Below, one piece after another: positions 17,903 to 28,100 of a stretch of DNA of 64,000 nucleotides (position 1 is the first letter of the stretch; the number at the start of each line of letters is the position of its first letter). This DNA comes from a bacterium (GTDB taxonomy: Bacteria > 4484-113 > JAFGCY01). A model generated the notes under the pieces. That model worked only from the letters and a program-made list of their open reading frames with translations, was not told the DNA's origin and searched no databases. A program made the position numbers and the translations under genes. Location: contig JADZFO010000011.1 of assembly GCA_020849855.1 (NCBI GenBank), positions 7,318 to 71,317 on the forward strand. The letters run 5' to 3'.

Positions 17903-18115
17903 TCAGGCTTCGCTGCCGGGATGCTTATCCTTGCGGCTGTAGCTGCCCTTACCCTTCTTGGCCTTATGCGGCTTGTCTGTGCCCACGTTCACGCTGAACC
18001 AGGCCCAGTCAGGGCGGCGCGTGTGCTGGGCTGCTATCTGCTCAGCGCTCGGAGCGGCGCCTCCGCTCCGGCTGAGGCTCTGCAGACGCTTCTTCCTGCT
18101 CTTGCTGCGTGACAT
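17903..18115 (-). CDS. Alternative ribosome-rescue factor A (ArfA)-like small basic protein
   Basis: KAKKGKGSYSRKDKH against E. coli ArfA KNKKGKGSYMRKGKH; Lys/Arg-rich, about 70 aa. TATAAA upstream favours ATG 18115 over 18124. Confidence 0.72.
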   Translation of the reverse strand: MSRSKSRKKRLQSLSRSGGAAPSAEQIAAQHTRRPDWAWFSVNVGTDKPHKAKKGKGSYSRKDKHPGSEA

Positions 18116-18210
18116 CCGGGGCATTTATACCCGCTGCGGCTGATCTTTCGCGTCTGTCTGCGCTCCGCCTGTCATAATCCCCCGCCCGGCGAACCGGGGG
18201 AGGAACTGCA

Positions 18211-18486
18211 ATGATCAGGATCACGGCCATTCAGATGGAAGGCGACACCGACCACGAGAAGATCGAACGGCTGCGCTGGGTGTCGATGGGCTCAACCGCC
18301 ACGGGCGAGAACACCCTGGATGAGATTGTCGAGTTCATTGAGAACGGTGAGCGCGTTGTGGTCACCGAGGGCAAGGATGTGATCCCCGTGCGGGTGGTGC
18401 TGGGCCAGACCAAGCCTTACCTGCGCACCTTCTGGAAGGGCGAGTACCGCGACCACCTGCTGGATTTGCCGGTCTTCTTCGACTGA
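18211..18486 (+). CDS. DUF3892 family protein
   Basis: MIRITAI......HE.I..LRW......YLRT...G...D.LL.LP pattern; SD GGAGGA. Confidence 0.8.
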   Translation: MIRITAIQMEGDTDHEKIERLRWVSMGSTATGENTLDEIVEFIENGERVVVTEGKDVIPVRVVLGQTKPYLRTFWKGEYRDHLLDLPVFFD

Positions 18487-18550
18487 GGCTGCTTGAGAAA
18501 GCAACCGAGCGGCGTGATTGATGTAGGGTGGAATCAGCGCTTCGCGGCAG

Positions 18551-18570
18551 AAGAAAAAAAGAAAAACCCC
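18551..18570 (-). terminator. U-rich tail ending the SRP RNA transcript
   Basis: Plus-strand AAGAAAAAAAGAAAAA directly follows the terminal SRP stem on the minus strand. Confidence 0.7.
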
Positions 18571-18676
18571 GCGGGTCAGAACACTGTCAGCGCCGCAACC
18601 TCCCGCTTAGTGCTGCTGCCTTCCGGCCCTGACACGGTTCGCAGTGTTTGCCCGCAACAGGCCCGACCCACGAGGC
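18567..18676 (-). ncRNA. ffs: Signal recognition particle RNA (4.5S, small bacterial type)
   Basis: Minus strand has GAACCGUGUCAGGGCCGGAAGGCAGCAGCAC (helix-8 core). 5' CCUCGUGGGUCGG pairs fully with 3' CUGACCCGCGGGG. Upstream TAAAAT -10 and downstream U-tract. Confidence 0.93.
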
Positions 18677-18681
18677 AGAGC

Positions 18682-18687
18682 ATTTTA
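18682..18687 (-). promoter_or_regulatory. -10 element (TAAAAT) of the SRP RNA gene
   Basis: About 6 nt upstream of the predicted 5' end of the stem. Confidence 0.65.
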
Positions 18688-18771
18688 CCCCAAAGCAGGG
18701 CCGGCCGACAACTGCTGCCAGCCCGCCCTGGCGAGCTGCAGGCAGCTCAGGACCCGGCGGTATCCTGACTG

Positions 18772-19335
18772 ATGCGAGCTTTGCGCTACACCATCAACAT
18801 CACCCTGGACGGCTGCTGCGACCATCGCGTGGGCATCGCTGATGCGGACCTGCACCAGTATGCCGCCGGGATCATCGCCGAGTCCGATGCCCTGATTTAT
18901 GGAAGGGTGGTGTACCAGATGATGGAAGAGGCCTGGCGGCCGGTGGCCGAGACAGGCCTGCAGGCAGACTGGATGGAAGACTGGATGGTGCCATTCGCCC
19001 GGACTATCCATCAGGCCCGGAAGTATGTTGTCTCGGACAGCCTGCCGCAGGTGGACTGGAATGCGCAGCTCGTGCGCGGGCATGAGCTTGAAGCGACGGT
19101 GTGGCAGCTCAAGCAGCAGCCGGGCCGCAGGCTTTCCACGGGCGGGGTGCGGCTGCCGCTGGCCCTTGCTGAGCTGGACCTGATTGACGAGTATGAGTTC
19201 ATCGTCCACCCCCGGGTGGCGGGGCATGGGCCGACACTGCTGGCGGGGCTCTCGCAGCTTGTTGACCTGAAACTGGAGGATCGCAGGGAGCTCCGCTCAG
19301 GTGCGGCGATACTGCTTTACACGCCAAAACGCTGA
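18772..19335 (+). CDS. Dihydrofolate reductase / RibD C-terminal domain family protein
   Basis: INITLDG, GRVVYQMM..AW, KYVVS.SL, LIDEYEFIVHP.VAGHGPTL. Confidence 0.9.
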   Translation: MRALRYTINITLDGCCDHRVGIADADLHQYAAGIIAESDALIYGRVVYQMMEEAWRPVAETGLQADWMEDWMVPFARTIHQARKYVVSDSLPQVDWNAQLVRGHELEATVWQLKQQPGRRLSTGGVRLPLALAELDLIDEYEFIVHPRVAGHGPTLLAGLSQLVDLKLEDRRELRSGAAILLYTPKR

Positions 19336-19419
19336 GGCTGCGCGAAGGCTTATTGCCTCGCAGAAACAACGCGGCTGCAGGGCAGTCGTTCAGCGCGTTG
19401 CCTGGCCTACAATCGAAGC

Positions 19420-21585
19420 ATGCAGCCCTTTTGCCCTGTGTCTTCCGTATCACGCCTGCGCCTGCCCGCGGGCCTCCTGCTGCTGGGCCTTACGGCCGCG
19501 CTTGCTTTGCTGGCCGCCTGCGGCCGCGCCTCGGCGGGTCAGCTTGAGCCGGGCCTGCAGACAGCGCCTGCGGCTTTTGCCAGCCTGGGCCTGCCAGGCC
19601 CGGACAGCCTGCTGCGCAGCGCCAGCGCTTATCCGGCCCTGCGCCTGGGCAGCCAGCATCTGCCGCAGACCGGGGCGGGCCTGCAGTACAGCGGCTACAG
19701 CGCAGTGCTGAGCCCGCAGCCGGGACAGGGCATGGATGGCCTGGCCTGGGCTGTCTATGGCTTCAACGCCGAGGGGTTGGGCGGCAACCTGAACCTCAGC
19801 TACGGCTTCGAGCCGGGTATGACCGGCGCGGCGCAGGATTTCTGGCTGGCGGTGGCCAACTTCAGCCAGCAGCGCTGGGACTGGCACAGCGCGGTTCCAT
19901 CCGGCGCCCTGAGCCTGAACGCGAACACGAACCTGCAGGACGGCCAGGCTCTTGTTGTGCTGGCCTTTCGCGGCAGCGCGCCCTGGCAGCTCAACTGGGT
20001 GCGCCTGGGGCCCGCCGGGCCCTCGCCGCATGACGTGATCACCGCCGGCTGCAGCAGCGTGCTTGGCGGCCACTACATCAGCCGCTCGACCTGTGACAAC
20101 CCCAGCTTTGAGCCCCTGCTCTGGGCCAGCCAGGACGGCATCGGCGGCGACAAGCTGGGCCTGCAGCGCACGCAGCCCGTGCCGGGCTGGGCCGGCTATC
20201 ACTATGACGGCCGCGTTCTCTTCTGGTCCGGGCATGAGGGCTTCTGGGGCACTGGCAACGACGCTAAGGGCGACAATGATCTCTTCCGCACCCAGGCGCT
20301 ACGCTGGCTGCTGGACGGCGGAACGAAGGTGCTGTGCCTGCGCAGCCATGGCGGCGGGCCGGACAGCAGTGGCTTCAGCGCGGCGGTCAAGGCCGCGCTG
20401 GCCGGCGAGGGCGTGAGCTTCACAGACAGCAATGCGGCTCCGACGGCCGAGCTGCTGGCGGAATACGACCTGGTTTACATCGGCCATGGCGACAGCTATA
20501 CGCCGGAGGAAGTGGACACCGTGATGGCCTGGCTGGAGGCTGGCGGCAGTCTGTTGCTGGCGGCTCAGGGCTGGGTCTGGAGCGGCGAGGAACTGCCGCT
20601 GCATCCGCTGAACCAGTTCGGCGCGCGCTTTGGCTGCTGGATCAGCAACGGCCTGCTCAGCGATGCCTCGGCGCCTAATGGACAGGCCGATACGCCAAAC
20701 TTTGCCGTCGCGCCGCTGAGCGAGTACAAGCCCGCGCGGGTGATCGTGCTGCGCACTAGCGAGACGGATGTGAACACGGTAAAGGAGCTGGCCGCAGCCA
20801 GCCCGAACGATATCTACGTTGTTGAGGGCCAGCACATGGGCCTGCAGCTCCTGAGCAGCGACTGGCCGCTGCTAAACGACCCCCTGGCCACGATCAACAC
20901 ACTGGACCAGATGTACCTGGAGCAGGTGGCGATGGTTGGAGACCAGAACCGGCCCTACGGCGGCGAGCTGACCTGGATCATTACCCAGCATGCGCCATCA
21001 GCCGGCTGGTACATGCACTCCGGCAACCCGATCGTGATCCAGGACTATGCCTCGGGGGATCTGGTGCAGAGCTTTAATGACCATGGCCATCCGGGCTGGG
21101 GCCTGCCGCATGAGCACGGCCACAACATGCACCTCTCAGCCTGCGCATACCTCTTCGGCGCGGACGCGGTCGAACCCTGCGCGAACATCTGGAGCGTGCG
21201 CACCTTTGAGCGCATGGGCTGGGACCTGAACCAGAGCGGGCATCCGGACTACTACCAGGCCGGCTATGACTATCACTATGCGCCAACGCAGAACTACAGC
21301 GATGTGCAGGCCAGCGCCTGGATCTGGCTGGGCCTGCTGGACCTGATCTGGAAGAAGTATGGCTGGGAGGGCATGGAGAGCTTCCTGGCTGAGGCGGCAC
21401 TCGACGCCAAGAACGGCGTCACAGCGCCGGACGACGCTTTCCGCACGGCCTATCTGGTGGAGGGGCTCAGCGCGGCCTACAGCCTGGACTTCAGCCCCCT
21501 GTTTGACCATTGGGACTTCCCGTTGACGGATGCCACCAGGGCGGCGACGGATGTGTATCCCGACGCCGAAATTCCCTGGAACTAA
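19420..21585 (+). CDS. Lipoprotein with shared N-terminal module and C-terminal M60-like (enhancin-type) zinc metallopeptidase domain
   Basis: Lipobox LAAC; gluzincin LPHEHGH followed 16 aa later by E (EPCANIWS); MHSGNPI motif. Confidence 0.75.
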   Translation: MQPFCPVSSVSRLRLPAGLLLLGLTAALALLAACGRASAGQLEPGLQTAPAAFASLGLPGPDSLLRSASAYPALRLGSQHLPQTGAGLQYSGYSAVLSPQPGQGMDGLAWAVYGFNAEGLGGNLNLSYGFEPGMTGAAQDFWLAVANFSQQRWDWHSAVPSGALSLNANTNLQDGQALVVLAFRGSAPWQLNWVRLGPAGPSPHDVITAGCSSVLGGHYISRSTCDNPSFEPLLWASQDGIGGDKLGLQRTQPVPGWAGYHYDGRVLFWSGHEGFWGTGNDAKGDNDLFRTQALRWLLDGGTKVLCLRSHGGGPDSSGFSAAVKAALAGEGVSFTDSNAAPTAELLAEYDLVYIGHGDSYTPEEVDTVMAWLEAGGSLLLAAQGWVWSGEELPLHPLNQFGARFGCWISNGLLSDASAPNGQADTPNFAVAPLSEYKPARVIVLRTSETDVNTVKELAAASPNDIYVVEGQHMGLQLLSSDWPLLNDPLATINTLDQMYLEQVAMVGDQNRPYGGELTWIITQHAPSAGWYMHSGNPIVIQDYASGDLVQSFNDHGHPGWGLPHEHGHNMHLSACAYLFGADAVEPCANIWSVRTFERMGWDLNQSGHPDYYQAGYDYHYAPTQNYSDVQASAWIWLGLLDLIWKKYGWEGMESFLAEAALDAKNGVTAPDDAFRTAYLVEGLSAAYSLDFSPLFDHWDFPLTDATRAATDVYPDAEIPWN

Positions 21586-21609
21586 AGGGCCTCGGCTAAA
21601 CTTGGCGCA

Positions 21610-24600
21610 GTGGCGCGGCTTGGGCTGATAACTGGTCCGGCGGGTTCCGGCAAGACAGAGCTGGTGCTCAATGAGGCGGCCCAGGCATCCCTGGACCAGC
21701 CTCTGGGCCCGCCGCTGCTGATCATTGTCCCGGAGCAGCAGGGCGTGCAGACCGAGCGAGCCGCCCTGCAGCGCATCGCGCGCCTGCGCGGCAGCGCTGA
21801 CGGGACTGCTGCCAGCTCGAGGATCCGCGTGCTCAGCCTCAGCCGGCTGGCGCGATTGCTGGAGGAGCGCAGTGGCCGGCACAGCCAGCCCCTGAGCGAG
21901 CTGCAGCGCCGCCTGCTGGTCTGGCGCCTGCTGGAGCCTGGCCGAGAGCGCGAGGCCCGTGCGCAGGTCTATTCGGACCTGCTGGCAGAGCTGGCCCTGT
22001 GGCAGACCCGCCCGGAAGAGCTGGAACAGTGCAGCGCGCAGCTTTCGCTGCAGGCCGCTGCGGCCGCCGAGCTGCCCCTGCGCCAGAAGCTGGAGCAGCT
22101 TTCCGCCAAGCTGAGCACCCTGGCTGCGCTGCAGCGGCGCTATATCGCTGCCTGCGAGGCCCAGGGCCTGGATTTCCGGCCGGCCCCGGCGCGGATACCC
22201 GAACTGCTGAGTGAGGAGAACTGGCCCGGGCTGAGCCGCACGCGGGTCTGGGTCGACGGTTTTGCCGGCTTCACGCCGGCTGAGGAAAGCGCTCTGCAGG
22301 CCCTGCTGAAACACTGCGAGAGCGTCAGCGCCACAGTGCTGCTGGACCCGCGGCGGCGCTACGGGCCGCTGGAGTCGGATACCCGCGACTGGTACGCGCC
22401 CGGGCGAGCCCTGCTGGAGCGCTGGCAGCTGCTGGCCCAGCGCAGCGCGGCGGCGCAGACACAGCTGCTTGAGCTGCCCCAGCCGCAGGCCTGGCCCCCG
22501 GGGCACCCCCTGGGGCAGCTGGCGCTGGAGCTGCCGCAGGCTGGCATGCGCATCGCCGCGGCGGAGCAGGATGAGATCCTGGCCGTGGCCTGCGCGGACG
22601 AACGCCAGGAGGTTGAAGCGGCGGCCCAGCATATCCGCGAGCTGCTGCTGCCGCCGGAGTCCGGCGGACGGGGCATCCCGGCGGGGCGGATATCAGTGGT
22701 GCTGCGCAGTGTGGAGCACTATGCCCCGCTGATCCGCAACATCTTTCACGACTATGAGATTCCCTTCTTTCTGGACCAGCGCCGCAGCCTGGCACACCAT
22801 CCCGCGGTGGAGCTGCTGCGCAGCGGCCTGCGTCTGGCACTGGGCCTGGCCGGCCAGGAGGACATAGCGGCGCTGCTGCGCTGCGGCCTGCTGCCGGCGC
22901 CGGAGGATGAAAGCCTGCGCGCGGCGGCCGACGCCTTGCTGGCCTATGCGCGGCGACACGGCCTGCGACCGGGGCTGTGGCTCAGCGACAGCGACTGGCG
23001 CTTCAGCGGCGGCCTGCTGGGCTCCGAGGAGAGCCTTGACGATGAGCGCCTGAGACAGCGCGAGGAAAGCCTGGCGCGGCTGAACGCCTGGCGCCGGAAG
23101 ATCCTGGCGCCGATAGCCGCGCTCTCACGGCGGCTGAGGGGGCTGGAGCGGCCGCGGCTTCGGGAGCTGCTGGCCTGCGCCTGGGAAGAGCTCTTCAGCG
23201 CGGCGACGGCGCAGCAGATGGAAAGCTGGGCCCTGCAGGCGCAGCAGCGCTCGGCTGGCAGCGGCCGTGAAGCCTCCTACATGGGGGACAAGGCGCAGCT
23301 GCACCGGGCGGTATGGCCTGCGCTGGCCGCGCTGCTTGACGCGCTGGATGCCGTCGCCGGCGAAGAGCGCATGGAACCGGCGGAGGTTTGCGCCTGGCTG
23401 GAGGCCGGCCTGGCGGCGCTGGATACCGGCTTCCCCCCGCCTCTGCTGGACACAGTGCTGGTGACGCAGATTGACCGCGGCCGCCACGGGAGCGTGGATG
23501 CGACCCTGCTGCTGGGACTGAGCGAGGACCTGTGGCCGCCGGCCCAGGCGGAGTCCGCGCTGTTCTCCGACCTTGAGCGCGAGCTGATCAACGCGGGCCC
23601 GGAGGGCGGCGGCGACAGCGATATGCAGCTGCTGGCGGCCGGTGCGCGCCAGCAGGCCCAGCGCGAACCCTGGTTCTTCCTGGTAGCCATCACCCGCCCG
23701 GCCCGGCACCTGTATCTCAGCCGGCCGGCATCCTCAGCGGATGGCCAGCTGCGCCCGGCATCGGCATATCTGCGCGCGCTGCTGGACAGCATCGGCCTGC
23801 AGGAGCGCGGGGCAGAGCAGCTTTGCGCCGAGCGCCTGGAACGCGGCAGCCTGTATCTGCCGCCGGCGGAACTGGCCGCGCGCCTGGCCGGCGCGGAGCC
23901 CGGGCTGTTATCCGCGCTGCCGCAGCTTGAGCGGCTGCTGCTGGCGCAGGCGCCGGACGCGCTGAGCGCGGTGCGCTGGTCGCAGGCCGAGTATCAGCGC
24001 CGCGGCCAGCCCCTGCCGCTGGACGCGCCGACACTGGAGCTGCTCTTCCAGCGCACAGGCCAGACCCGCCTGCGGGCCAGTGCCTCCCAGCTTGAGGCCT
24101 TCGCGCTCTGCCCCTTCCGGCACTACAGCCGCTACCTGCTGCGCCTCAGTGAGGAACAGCCGCCGCTATTTGACGCCCGCACCATGGGCTCCTTCTACCA
24201 CAGCCTCTTTGAGGGCCTCGTGCGGCGTCTGCAGGTGAGCGCGGCACAGGAAAGCTGGGCGGCCATCGACAGCGAGCGGATTGAAGCCGAGGCCGCCGAA
24301 GTGCTGAGCGAGCTTGGCGCGGTGCTGAAACTTGAAACGGACTATCAGCGGATTGACTTCCTGCTGCTGCGCGCGCGCGCCATCCTGGCCCAGCATGCGC
24401 AGCTCCTGGCCGCGATGCTGGCCGAGGGCCGTGTGCCCCTGGCGGCGGAGCTGGCCTTTGGCGAGCAGCCCGGCAGTCAGCTGCCGCCCCTGCGCCTGGA
24501 CTTCCCCGGCGGCGAGCTGCTGCTCTCGGGCAAGATTGACCGCCTGGACCGCGACAGTCAGGGCCAGGCCAGTGTGGTGGACTACAAACTGGGGCAGCGC

Positions 24601-25131
24601 AGCTTCAAGGACATGCAGCTGCTGGCCGGCGCCCAGATCCAGATGTATGTGTATCTGCTGGCCCTGGCCCAGGGGGAGGCCGGCCGCCGGCCCGCCCAGC
24701 TTGAGCTGGAGCTGCGGCCCCACAGCGCCTGCTATCAGAGTATCGAGCCGAGCTGGGCCGATTCAGGGCTGAAGCTGAACGCCAGCCAGCGTGAGCTGGC
24801 CTCGGCTGAGGATGGCGAGTGGGAAGCAGCATCGCGCGCCGGCGCGGCGCAGAAGCTGCGTCCCAGCCTGGAGCTGGTGCGGCGCCTGCTGAGCGGCATT
24901 GCCGCCGATATCGCTTCCGGCTCGCTGGCGGTCAGCCCGCTACGCGACGGGCCGCAGTGGCGGGCCTGCAGCAGCTGCGACTTCCGCAGCGTCTGCCGTT
25001 TCGACCCGCTGAGCCAGGGCCAGTACCGCAGCACGGAGACTGTCGCCAGGCGCAACCTGCAGCGCAGCGGCCTGAATCCCCGGGAGCTGGCCCGCGAGGG
25101 CTTAGCCCGCCCGCGGGGAGGCGGCCGATGA
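21610..25131 (+). CDS. addB: ATP-dependent helicase/nuclease subunit B (AddB/RexB-like)
   Basis: GPAGSGKT, SASQLEAFALCPF, GKIDRLD..VVDYK nuclease motif, Fe-S ligands C...CSSCDFRSVC. Confidence 0.9.
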   Translation: MARLGLITGPAGSGKTELVLNEAAQASLDQPLGPPLLIIVPEQQGVQTERAALQRIARLRGSADGTAASSRIRVLSLSRLARLLEERSGRHSQPLSELQRRLLVWRLLEPGREREARAQVYSDLLAELALWQTRPEELEQCSAQLSLQAAAAAELPLRQKLEQLSAKLSTLAALQRRYIAACEAQGLDFRPAPARIPELLSEENWPGLSRTRVWVDGFAGFTPAEESALQALLKHCESVSATVLLDPRRRYGPLESDTRDWYAPGRALLERWQLLAQRSAAAQTQLLELPQPQAWPPGHPLGQLALELPQAGMRIAAAEQDEILAVACADERQEVEAAAQHIRELLLPPESGGRGIPAGRISVVLRSVEHYAPLIRNIFHDYEIPFFLDQRRSLAHHPAVELLRSGLRLALGLAGQEDIAALLRCGLLPAPEDESLRAAADALLAYARRHGLRPGLWLSDSDWRFSGGLLGSEESLDDERLRQREESLARLNAWRRKILAPIAALSRRLRGLERPRLRELLACAWEELFSAATAQQMESWALQAQQRSAGSGREASYMGDKAQLHRAVWPALAALLDALDAVAGEERMEPAEVCAWLEAGLAALDTGFPPPLLDTVLVTQIDRGRHGSVDATLLLGLSEDLWPPAQAESALFSDLERELINAGPEGGGDSDMQLLAAGARQQAQREPWFFLVAITRPARHLYLSRPASSADGQLRPASAYLRALLDSIGLQERGAEQLCAERLERGSLYLPPAELAARLAGAEPGLLSALPQLERLLLAQAPDALSAVRWSQAEYQRRGQPLPLDAPTLELLFQRTGQTRLRASASQLEAFALCPFRHYSRYLLRLSEEQPPLFDARTMGSFYHSLFEGLVRRLQVSAAQESWAAIDSERIEAEAAEVLSELGAVLKLETDYQRIDFLLLRARAILAQHAQLLAAMLAEGRVPLAAELAFGEQPGSQLPPLRLDFPGGELLLSGKIDRLDRDSQGQASVVDYKLGQRSFKDMQLLAGAQIQMYVYLLALAQGEAGRRPAQLELELRPHSACYQSIEPSWADSGLKLNASQRELASAEDGEWEAASRAGAAQKLRPSLELVRRLLSGIAADIASGSLAVSPLRDGPQWRACSSCDFRSVCRFDPLSQGQYRSTETVARRNLQRSGLNPRELAREGLARPRGGGR

Positions 25132-28100
25132 GCGGGCGGCGCTGGACAGCGGCACAGCTTGAGGCGATCAACGCGCGGGACTGCGAGCTGGCGGTGAGCG
25201 CCGCGGCAGGCTCGGGCAAGACATCCGTACTTGTGGAGCGCGTGCTGCGCTGCGCCCTGGGCCAGCAGCTTGACGCGCAGGGGCTGGCCCGTGACAGCGC
25301 CGCGCTGGCGATTCCGCTCGACCGTCTGCTGATTGCGACCTTCACTAACGCCGCGGCGGCTGAGCTGCGCTCGCGCCTGCATGAGCAGCTGGGCCGTGAG
25401 CTGCAGCGCCGGGTGGAGGCCGGGCAGCCGACCCGCCTGCTGCGCGAGCAGCTGGCGCTGCTGCCCCTGGCCTCCATCGGCACACTGCATGGCTTCTGCC
25501 TGGAGCTGATCCGGCGCTATGGGCATGAGCAGGGACTGGCCTCCAGCCGCGTGCTGAGCGAGCATGAGAGCCGCCTGCTGCTGCATGAGCAGGCTTCGCG
25601 CTTTCTGGACGAGAAACTGGGCAGCGGTCAGGAGGAGCTGCTGCGCCTGGGCCTTGACTGGGGCGGGCAGGACGGCGTGGGGGCCGAGGACCTGTCGCGC
25701 AGCAGCGCCGGCCGCGGCCTGCGCCCGCTGCTGCTGATGGTCTATGAGCTGCGGCGCAGCCTGCCGGACCACGAGGCCTGGTACAGCCAGCACCTGGGCT
25801 GGGCTGACCTTGACCCGCAGAACTGTGACCCTGGCCATCCCCTGCTGGCGGCGCAGATAGAAGAGCTGCGGGCCTGGCGCGACAGGTGGATCGCCAGTGA
25901 TGCGGCCTTTGGCCTGAGCCTTGGCAGCGAGCTGCCGGATGCCGGCTTCCTGCAGACCATTGCGGCGCGGCGCCTGGCCCTGCAGGACCTGCGCCTTGAT
26001 CTGCACTGGGACAAGCTGGGTATCCATCTGGACGAGTCCCTGCGCAAGACCAGGCTGGACCTGCCACACAAACCGGCACTGACCGAGGGCTATCGCCGGG
26101 ACATCGACAAGGAGAGTCCCTGGTACGAGCGGATTCCGCAGTACAACTCGGCCTTCGCGGAAGAGATAAAGGACTGGCAGGAGCACTTCAGCCGCCGACC
26201 CTTTGCCCAGGTGGCGGCGGACGAGAACCATGTGCGCGGGCAGATCAGCCTGCTGTGGTCACTGGCCGCGGACTTTGAGCAGCGCATCAGCGCCTACAAG
26301 CGCGAGCGCGGCTGGCTGGATTACTCGGACATGGAGCGCGGCGCGCTGGAGCTGCTTAGCGCGCGGGACGAGGCCGGCCGGCCGCTGCGCGATGAATCGG
26401 GCGGCCTGCGGCCCAGTTCAGTTGCGCTGGAGCTGCGCAGCCGCTATCTGGCAGTGCTGGTGGATGAGTACCAGGACACAAGCCCGCTGCAGGCGGCGCT
26501 GCTGGAGCTGGTCTGTCCGGAGCTGCCCCTGCCGGATGGCAGCGGCAGCTTCCGCCCGCGCTTTGTGGTGGGCGACGTGAAGCAGAGCATTTACTCCTTC
26601 CGCCTGGCCGAGCCGGAGCTTTTCATCCGCCTGCAGGCCCGGCTGCGCAGCGCGGAAATGGCCGGGCAGCGCCTGGTGTTGCTGCGCGAGAACTTCCGCT
26701 CCCGCCGGGGGGTGGTGGCGGGGATCAACCGCCTGCTGGGCGGCCTGATGAGCCTGGAGCTTGGCGGCGAGGATTATGCAGAGGCGGCGCTGATTTACAG
26801 CGCCGGCTATGAGGCCTTTGAAAGCGAGGCGCAGACTGCGGCGCGGCAGGCCGAGCCGGCACTGCGGATCAGTCTGGTGCCTGAGCCGGAGCCGAGCCCT
26901 TCTGAAGACGCGCTGCCTGAGCGCGAGAGCAGCATGGAAGAGCCAGCCACTGAAGAAGAAGGCCCAGGCGGCGGCGAGGATGAAGACAGCCCTGAGCTGC
27001 AGCGCAGCGTCTACCGCGCGGTGGCCCGGCGGCTGCTTGAGCTGAAGGCCGAGGCCGACGGCGGCCACCTGACCGTGCTGGACCACGCCATCGGGGCGCT
27101 GCGTCCGGCGCAGTGGGGCGACATGGTGATCCTGCTGCGTTCCACCCGCGGGCGGGTTGAGACACTGCGCGAGGAACTGGAGCGCGCCGGCGTGCCCTGC
27201 CTGGCCCTGGGCCGCAGCGGCTTTTATGAGCGGCCGGAGGTGCTTGACGCACTGAGCCTGCTGAAGGTGCTGGACAACCCGCTGCAGGACACCGCGCTGG
27301 CCGCACTGCTGCGCGGCCCGGCCCTGGGCCTCAGCGCACAGGAGCTGCTGCAGGTCGCGCGGCCGGACATCTTCGCCGCCCAGGATGAGGGCGCCGATGC
27401 GGGTCCGCTGCCAACCAGCCGCGAGCCCCTCTGGCTGCGGCTGCGCTACAGCGCGGCGCGACACCCTGACGGCGGCCTGCGGGCCCGCCTGCTGCTGTTC
27501 ATCGCGCGGCTGGAACACTGGCGCGACCTGGCCCGCGATGAGCCGCTGAACCTGCTGCTGCACCGCCTTTACCGCGAAGCCGGGCTGCTGGCCGCGGCGG
27601 CGGCGCAGGACCGCGCGCAGCAGCGCCGGGCCAACCTGGAGGAGCTGCTGCGCCTGGCCGGGGAGTTCAGCTCCTTCGAGCGCCAGGGCATCAGCCGCTT
27701 CCTGCAGTTCATTGAATCATCGCGCCGGGCTGCCGGCGATACCGGCGAGGCCGTGCTGGGCGAGTCCGGCCAGCAGCAGGTGCGGATCCTGACCGTGCAC
27801 CAGTCCAAGGGCCTGGAGTTCCCCATCGTGCTGCTGCCGGACCTGCAGCGCCGCTTCAACCAGCAGGACCTGGGCCGCGACCTGCTGTGGCATCCCCGCG
27901 CCGGTCTGGGCGGCCGCTTCTATGACTATCAGGCCCGGCCGCCGCGGCGGGCCGTGACCCTGCAGCTGGAACAGGTGCGGCGGGCCAAGCGCGCGGACCT
28001 GCTCAGCGAAGAGCTGCGCCTGCTGTATGTGGCCCTGACCCGCGCCCGTGAACGCCTGGAACTGATCAGCGGCCTGCCGCGCAGCTTCAAGGCGGAGAAG

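Noticed and set aside
18551-18566. A-rich run as a slippage tract
   Set aside because: Explained as the U-tail of the SRP RNA gene.
24819-25127. 103-aa N-terminal extension of AddA in the ORF track
   Set aside because: It overlaps the addB 3' end; the ATGA overlap at 25128 and the WTAAQ motif mark the real start.
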